Assembly (NCBI GenBank): GCA_043801535.1
Contig: JAZDLZ010000765.1
Span: 1 to 34,456, forward strand
Length of the DNA: 34,456 bases
DNA from: Pseudomonadota bacterium
Lineage (GTDB): Bacteria > Myxococcota_A > Polyangia > Haliangiales > SHYZ01
Reading direction: 5' to 3'
A program made the position numbers and the translations under genes. Positions 31,927-34,456 of the stretch are shown here, piece by piece. Position 1 is the first letter of the stretch. Every line of letters begins with the position of its first letter. The notes below the pieces were generated by a model. That model was not told where the DNA came from, did not search any database, and saw only the letters and a list, made by a program, of their open reading frames with translations.

Positions 31927-32625
31927 ATGGCGAAACCGACAGAACTACCGACGTGGGCGACGAATGGTGGCACGGATCCGATTTCGGGGCAGAGCAACGT
32001 GCTCGAGCCGCCCGACGGAAAACAAGCCGATGGATTCCACTACCTCGAGAAGCCGGCCCGAAACTGGCTTAACTGGTTGCTCAATCTGATCTATCAGTGG
32101 TGCGCCTATCTCGACACATTCCTCGAGGATGACCATACCTGGTCGGGCGCCCAGACCTTCAGCGACTACTACCATAGCGGACGAGCACTGAGTCTCCCCG
32201 CTGCTATGGCAGAGGCAGAGGTTTTGATCTCTGGCGGTTGGCTCTACGACTACGGCACTGCGACATGGGCTGCCACGACTGATTCTGACGGGCATCTGAT
32301 TTTCCCGATCACGCTCAAGCTCGGCGATCGAATCAATGGAGTGGGAGTTTACGTCAAACACGGTGCCACTGAGGGTGGCATCTGGGCGAATCTCTACTCG
32401 GTAGACATGACTACAGGAGTGCGCACTGGGCAAGGAAGCGATTCAGCGACGGGGACTTTGACGTATGACATGCTCTACGTCGAGGCTACGGTTCCGACTG
32501 TCATCGGTGCTGGGACCAAGTGGGAGCTGGATGTCTGGTGCGTCGATACCCTAACGTCTCCGACGAGATTGGTGCTCGGAGTAGAGGTCGACTATGATCG
32601 GCCAGCGATCGGTGGTGGACCATAA
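31927..32625 (+). CDS. Tail fibre / receptor-binding protein, paralogue A
   Basis: The N-terminus TELPTWATNGG...GFHYLEKPARNWLNWLLNLIYQWCAYLD is a common fibre N-terminal motif. It is duplicated in the next gene. Confidence 0.6.
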   Translation: MAKPTELPTWATNGGTDPISGQSNVLEPPDGKQADGFHYLEKPARNWLNWLLNLIYQWCAYLDTFLEDDHTWSGAQTFSDYYHSGRALSLPAAMAEAEVLISGGWLYDYGTATWAATTDSDGHLIFPITLKLGDRINGVGVYVKHGATEGGIWANLYSVDMTTGVRTGQGSDSATGTLTYDMLYVEATVPTVIGAGTKWELDVWCVDTLTSPTRLVLGVEVDYDRPAIGGGP

Positions 32626-33317
32626 TGGCAGCCAAGCCGACAGAACTACCGACGTGGGCGACGAATGGTGGCACGGATCCGTTGACCCAGCAGAGCAACG
32701 TGCTCGAGCCGCCGGCCAGCAAGAAGGCCTCGGGATTTCACTATCGAGAGAAGCCGGCCAGGAACTACCTCAACTGGCTGCTCAATTTGATCTATCAGTG
32801 GTGCGCCTATCTCGACACATTCCTCGAGGATGACCATACCTGGTCGGGAGATCAGACTTTCGACGAGTTTTGCCATGGCGACCAGGTATTGAGCATTCCA
32901 ATCGCAGCGGCAGAAGCAGAGGCCGGCGGTTGGCTGTTCGATTCCGTGGAGACTACCTGGGAAGCTGACGTCCCCAGCAACGGTAAGCTGATCGTTCCGA
33001 TTCCGCTCGACGTGGGAGACCGGATCAAGTCCATTACCGTCTACGTCAACGCCGGAAGCAATACTGATCAGGGATTGGTCATCTATCTGATATCTCAAAT
33101 GATGTCAGGGGTGTTCAGAGGCGCATCGATTGCTACTGCTCAGCCAGGCGCACCAGGATCTCCCTACGTGGCCGTCGTCATGACGTTAGGTGCGCCGGTG
33201 ACTGTCATTGCCGGAAAAAAATGGGAGCTGGAGATCCAGCCCTACATTCCAGGCCAGTCTGGCGATACCAAAAAGGTATTGGGCGTCGAGGTCACTTTCG
33301 ATCATCCCGCGGCCTGA
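32625..33317 (+). CDS. Tail fibre / receptor-binding protein, paralogue B
   Basis: The first ~80 aa are near-identical to paralogue A, including 45-nt and 60-nt exact DNA matches. The central region is divergent. TAATG junction. Confidence 0.6.
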   Translation: MAAKPTELPTWATNGGTDPLTQQSNVLEPPASKKASGFHYREKPARNYLNWLLNLIYQWCAYLDTFLEDDHTWSGDQTFDEFCHGDQVLSIPIAAAEAEAGGWLFDSVETTWEADVPSNGKLIVPIPLDVGDRIKSITVYVNAGSNTDQGLVIYLISQMMSGVFRGASIATAQPGAPGSPYVAVVMTLGAPVTVIAGKKWELEIQPYIPGQSGDTKKVLGVEVTFDHPAA

Positions 33318-33349
33318 CCCTAGTCTGATCTCGGCGGTATGCTAGACCC

Positions 33350-33721
33350 ATGCAACGGTCCAGCGTCCAATTTGAGCGGGCCTGTCTTGGGCCCTTGGTT
33401 GACATCGACGGCAGTCTAGGCGCATCCGATGGTCAGGCGATCGATGCTGTCGGCACTGTCGTGGTATTTGGGCCTCTCCCGTCGGGCGTCTACGGGCTGG
33501 AGTTTATTCCGACGGATGGCTACACCGGCAAGGGGGATTGCTACGCCTTGCAGGGCGATTCCACCGTCACGGTGACGGCGTTGGCTGGCATCAGGATACC
33601 GCCGGAGACCGAAAAGACCTTCCGTGTCCCGACCAACGGAGACAGGGATTACGTGGCTGTCGTCGGAAACGGAATTGATACTGGCAAGGCGCGCATCAAT
33701 CTGTGGAGTCGAGTCGCATGA
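33350..33721 (+). CDS. Hypothetical protein between fibre genes (possible fibre accessory)
   Basis: The ORF has an ATGA overlap to the next fibre-like gene. No recognisable motif. Confidence 0.35.
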   Translation: MQRSSVQFERACLGPLVDIDGSLGASDGQAIDAVGTVVVFGPLPSGVYGLEFIPTDGYTGKGDCYALQGDSTVTVTALAGIRIPPETEKTFRVPTNGDRDYVAVVGNGIDTGKARINLWSRVA

Positions 33722-34456
33722 AAACGCGCAATCTCACTCGTGGCACTGCTACGACAGGGAAGGGATCTGGCACCAATCCTGGCACGGTGCAGCTCTCGGA
33801 TACTCCGGCGCTTGCCGTCGGCACCGCCGCTGCTGGTGTATCAGCCTTGGTATCCCGCTACGATCACGTCCATGCGCACGGGAATCAGCTCGGCGGCTCG
33901 TTGCACGCCGACGCCACGGCAATCGCGGCTGGCTTCATGTCCGCGGCCCAGTACTCTGCTCTCGCCAGTCTAGTGCGCTCCGACGATCTGCCAGCGAGCG
34001 TAGGCACCGCCGCTGCTGGTGTGGCGACCACTCTCTCGCGGTCGGACCACGGCCATGCGCACGGGAATCAACTCGGCGGGACGCTGCACGCCGATGCCAC
34101 GGCGATAGCCGCTGGATTCATGTCCGCGGCCCAGTTCTCGAAACTCGACGGCATCGAGGCTGGCGCAGACGTTACCGACGAGGCGAACGTCCGCGCAGCA
34201 CTCGCTGCTCTTACGACGACTGCGACATTTAACAGCCAGGCTCTGACTACCATCGGGAGCATCAGCGTCGGCAACTCTGGCGTCGTAACGGTGCAGTACG
34301 ACGCGATCGGTGCGACGCAGGTGGCGGGGCTTACGCTGCAAAACACGACTGCGGCGGCAGACGGTGTGCAGCAGAACAGTCCTTTGTTAGTCTTGGCAGG
34401 ACAAGGCTACAAGAGCGATGCCGTCGCAGCGTCACAGCGCGTGGAGTGGTCGGTCG
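33718..34456 (+). CDS. Fibre-like protein with tandem HxH-containing repeats (5' partial; runs off the window)
   Basis: My own translation from ATG 33718 is MKTRNLTRGTATTGKGSGTNPGTVQLSD...SRYDHVHAHGNQLGGSLHADATAIAAGFMSAAQYSAL...SRSDHGHAHGNQLGGTLHADATAIAAGFMSAAQFSKLDGIEAG... The frame is open to the window end. It is absent from the ORF track because there is no stop. The GFMSAxQxxKLDGI motif is common in phage fibres. Confidence 0.6.
   Translation, partial: MKTRNLTRGTATTGKGSGTNPGTVQLSDTPALAVGTAAAGVSALVSRYDHVHAHGNQLGGSLHADATAIAAGFMSAAQYSALASLVRSDDLPASVGTAAAGVATTLSRSDHGHAHGNQLGGTLHADATAIAAGFMSAAQFSKLDGIEAGADVTDEANVRAALAALTTTATFNSQALTTIGSISVGNSGVVTVQYDAIGATQVAGLTLQNTTAAADGVQQNSPLLVLAGQGYKSDAVAASQRVEWSV
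33820..34149 (+). repeat. 183-nt-period tandem duplication (two ~147-nt similar units) inside the fibre-like gene
   Basis: The units start at GGCACCGCCGCTGCTGGTGT at 33820 and at 34003. Both encode GTAAAGV...DH(V/G)HAHGNQLGG(S/T)LHADATAIAAGFMSAAQ. Confidence 0.85.

Noticed and set aside
31927-33317. A diversity-generating retroelement (template/variable repeat) as an explanation for the duplicated fibre sequences.
   Set aside because: There is no reverse transcriptase in the window. The repeated segments are the conserved N-termini, not a C-terminal variable region, and I saw no adenine-specific mismatch pattern.

Overview
This window is about 60% GC, and every credible gene lies on the + strand. 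Genes are tightly packed, with many ATGA/GTGA/TGATG stop-start overlaps. It reads as a contiguous piece of a contractile-tailed phage or prophage.

Gene order:
- partial upstream ORF, then a short promoter-like gap
- Cys/His-rich small ORF, sigma-70-region-4-type HTH ORF, and a 611-aa TnpB/Cas12-family RuvC nuclease
- a CRISPR array of 11 repeats and 10 spacers (36-bp repeat) starting 14 nt after the nuclease stop codon
- GT2 glycosyltransferase, ParB/Srx-like protein, B12-domain radical SAM enzyme, RHH protein
- terminase small and large subunits, portal, Mu-F/SPP1-gp7 head morphogenesis protein, XkdF-like protease
- an inserted cassette: MerR HTH, CgeB-like GT, radical SAM, FkbM methyltransferase, two-domain GT, GT-B GT
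- scaffold, DUF2190-like decoration protein, major capsid, neck proteins
- sheath, tube, chaperone, tape measure
- baseplate (hub, spike, W-like, J-like, I-like)
- two tandem paralogous fibres, a small ORF, and a third fibre-like ORF cut by the window end

I saw no cas1/cas2/cas4, integrase, tRNA or lysis genes.

The best candidate for novelty is a virus-borne miniature type V CRISPR-Cas locus without an adaptation module. Its effector is translationally coupled to two small nucleic-acid-binding ORFs, and its array abuts the effector stop codon.

Secondary candidates:
- a glycosyltransferase/radical-SAM/methyltransferase cassette splitting the head-morphogenesis operon
- a sequence module shared by the sheath and two baseplate proteins

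All product calls are by-eye motif recognition. No database search or computation beyond hand counting was possible.
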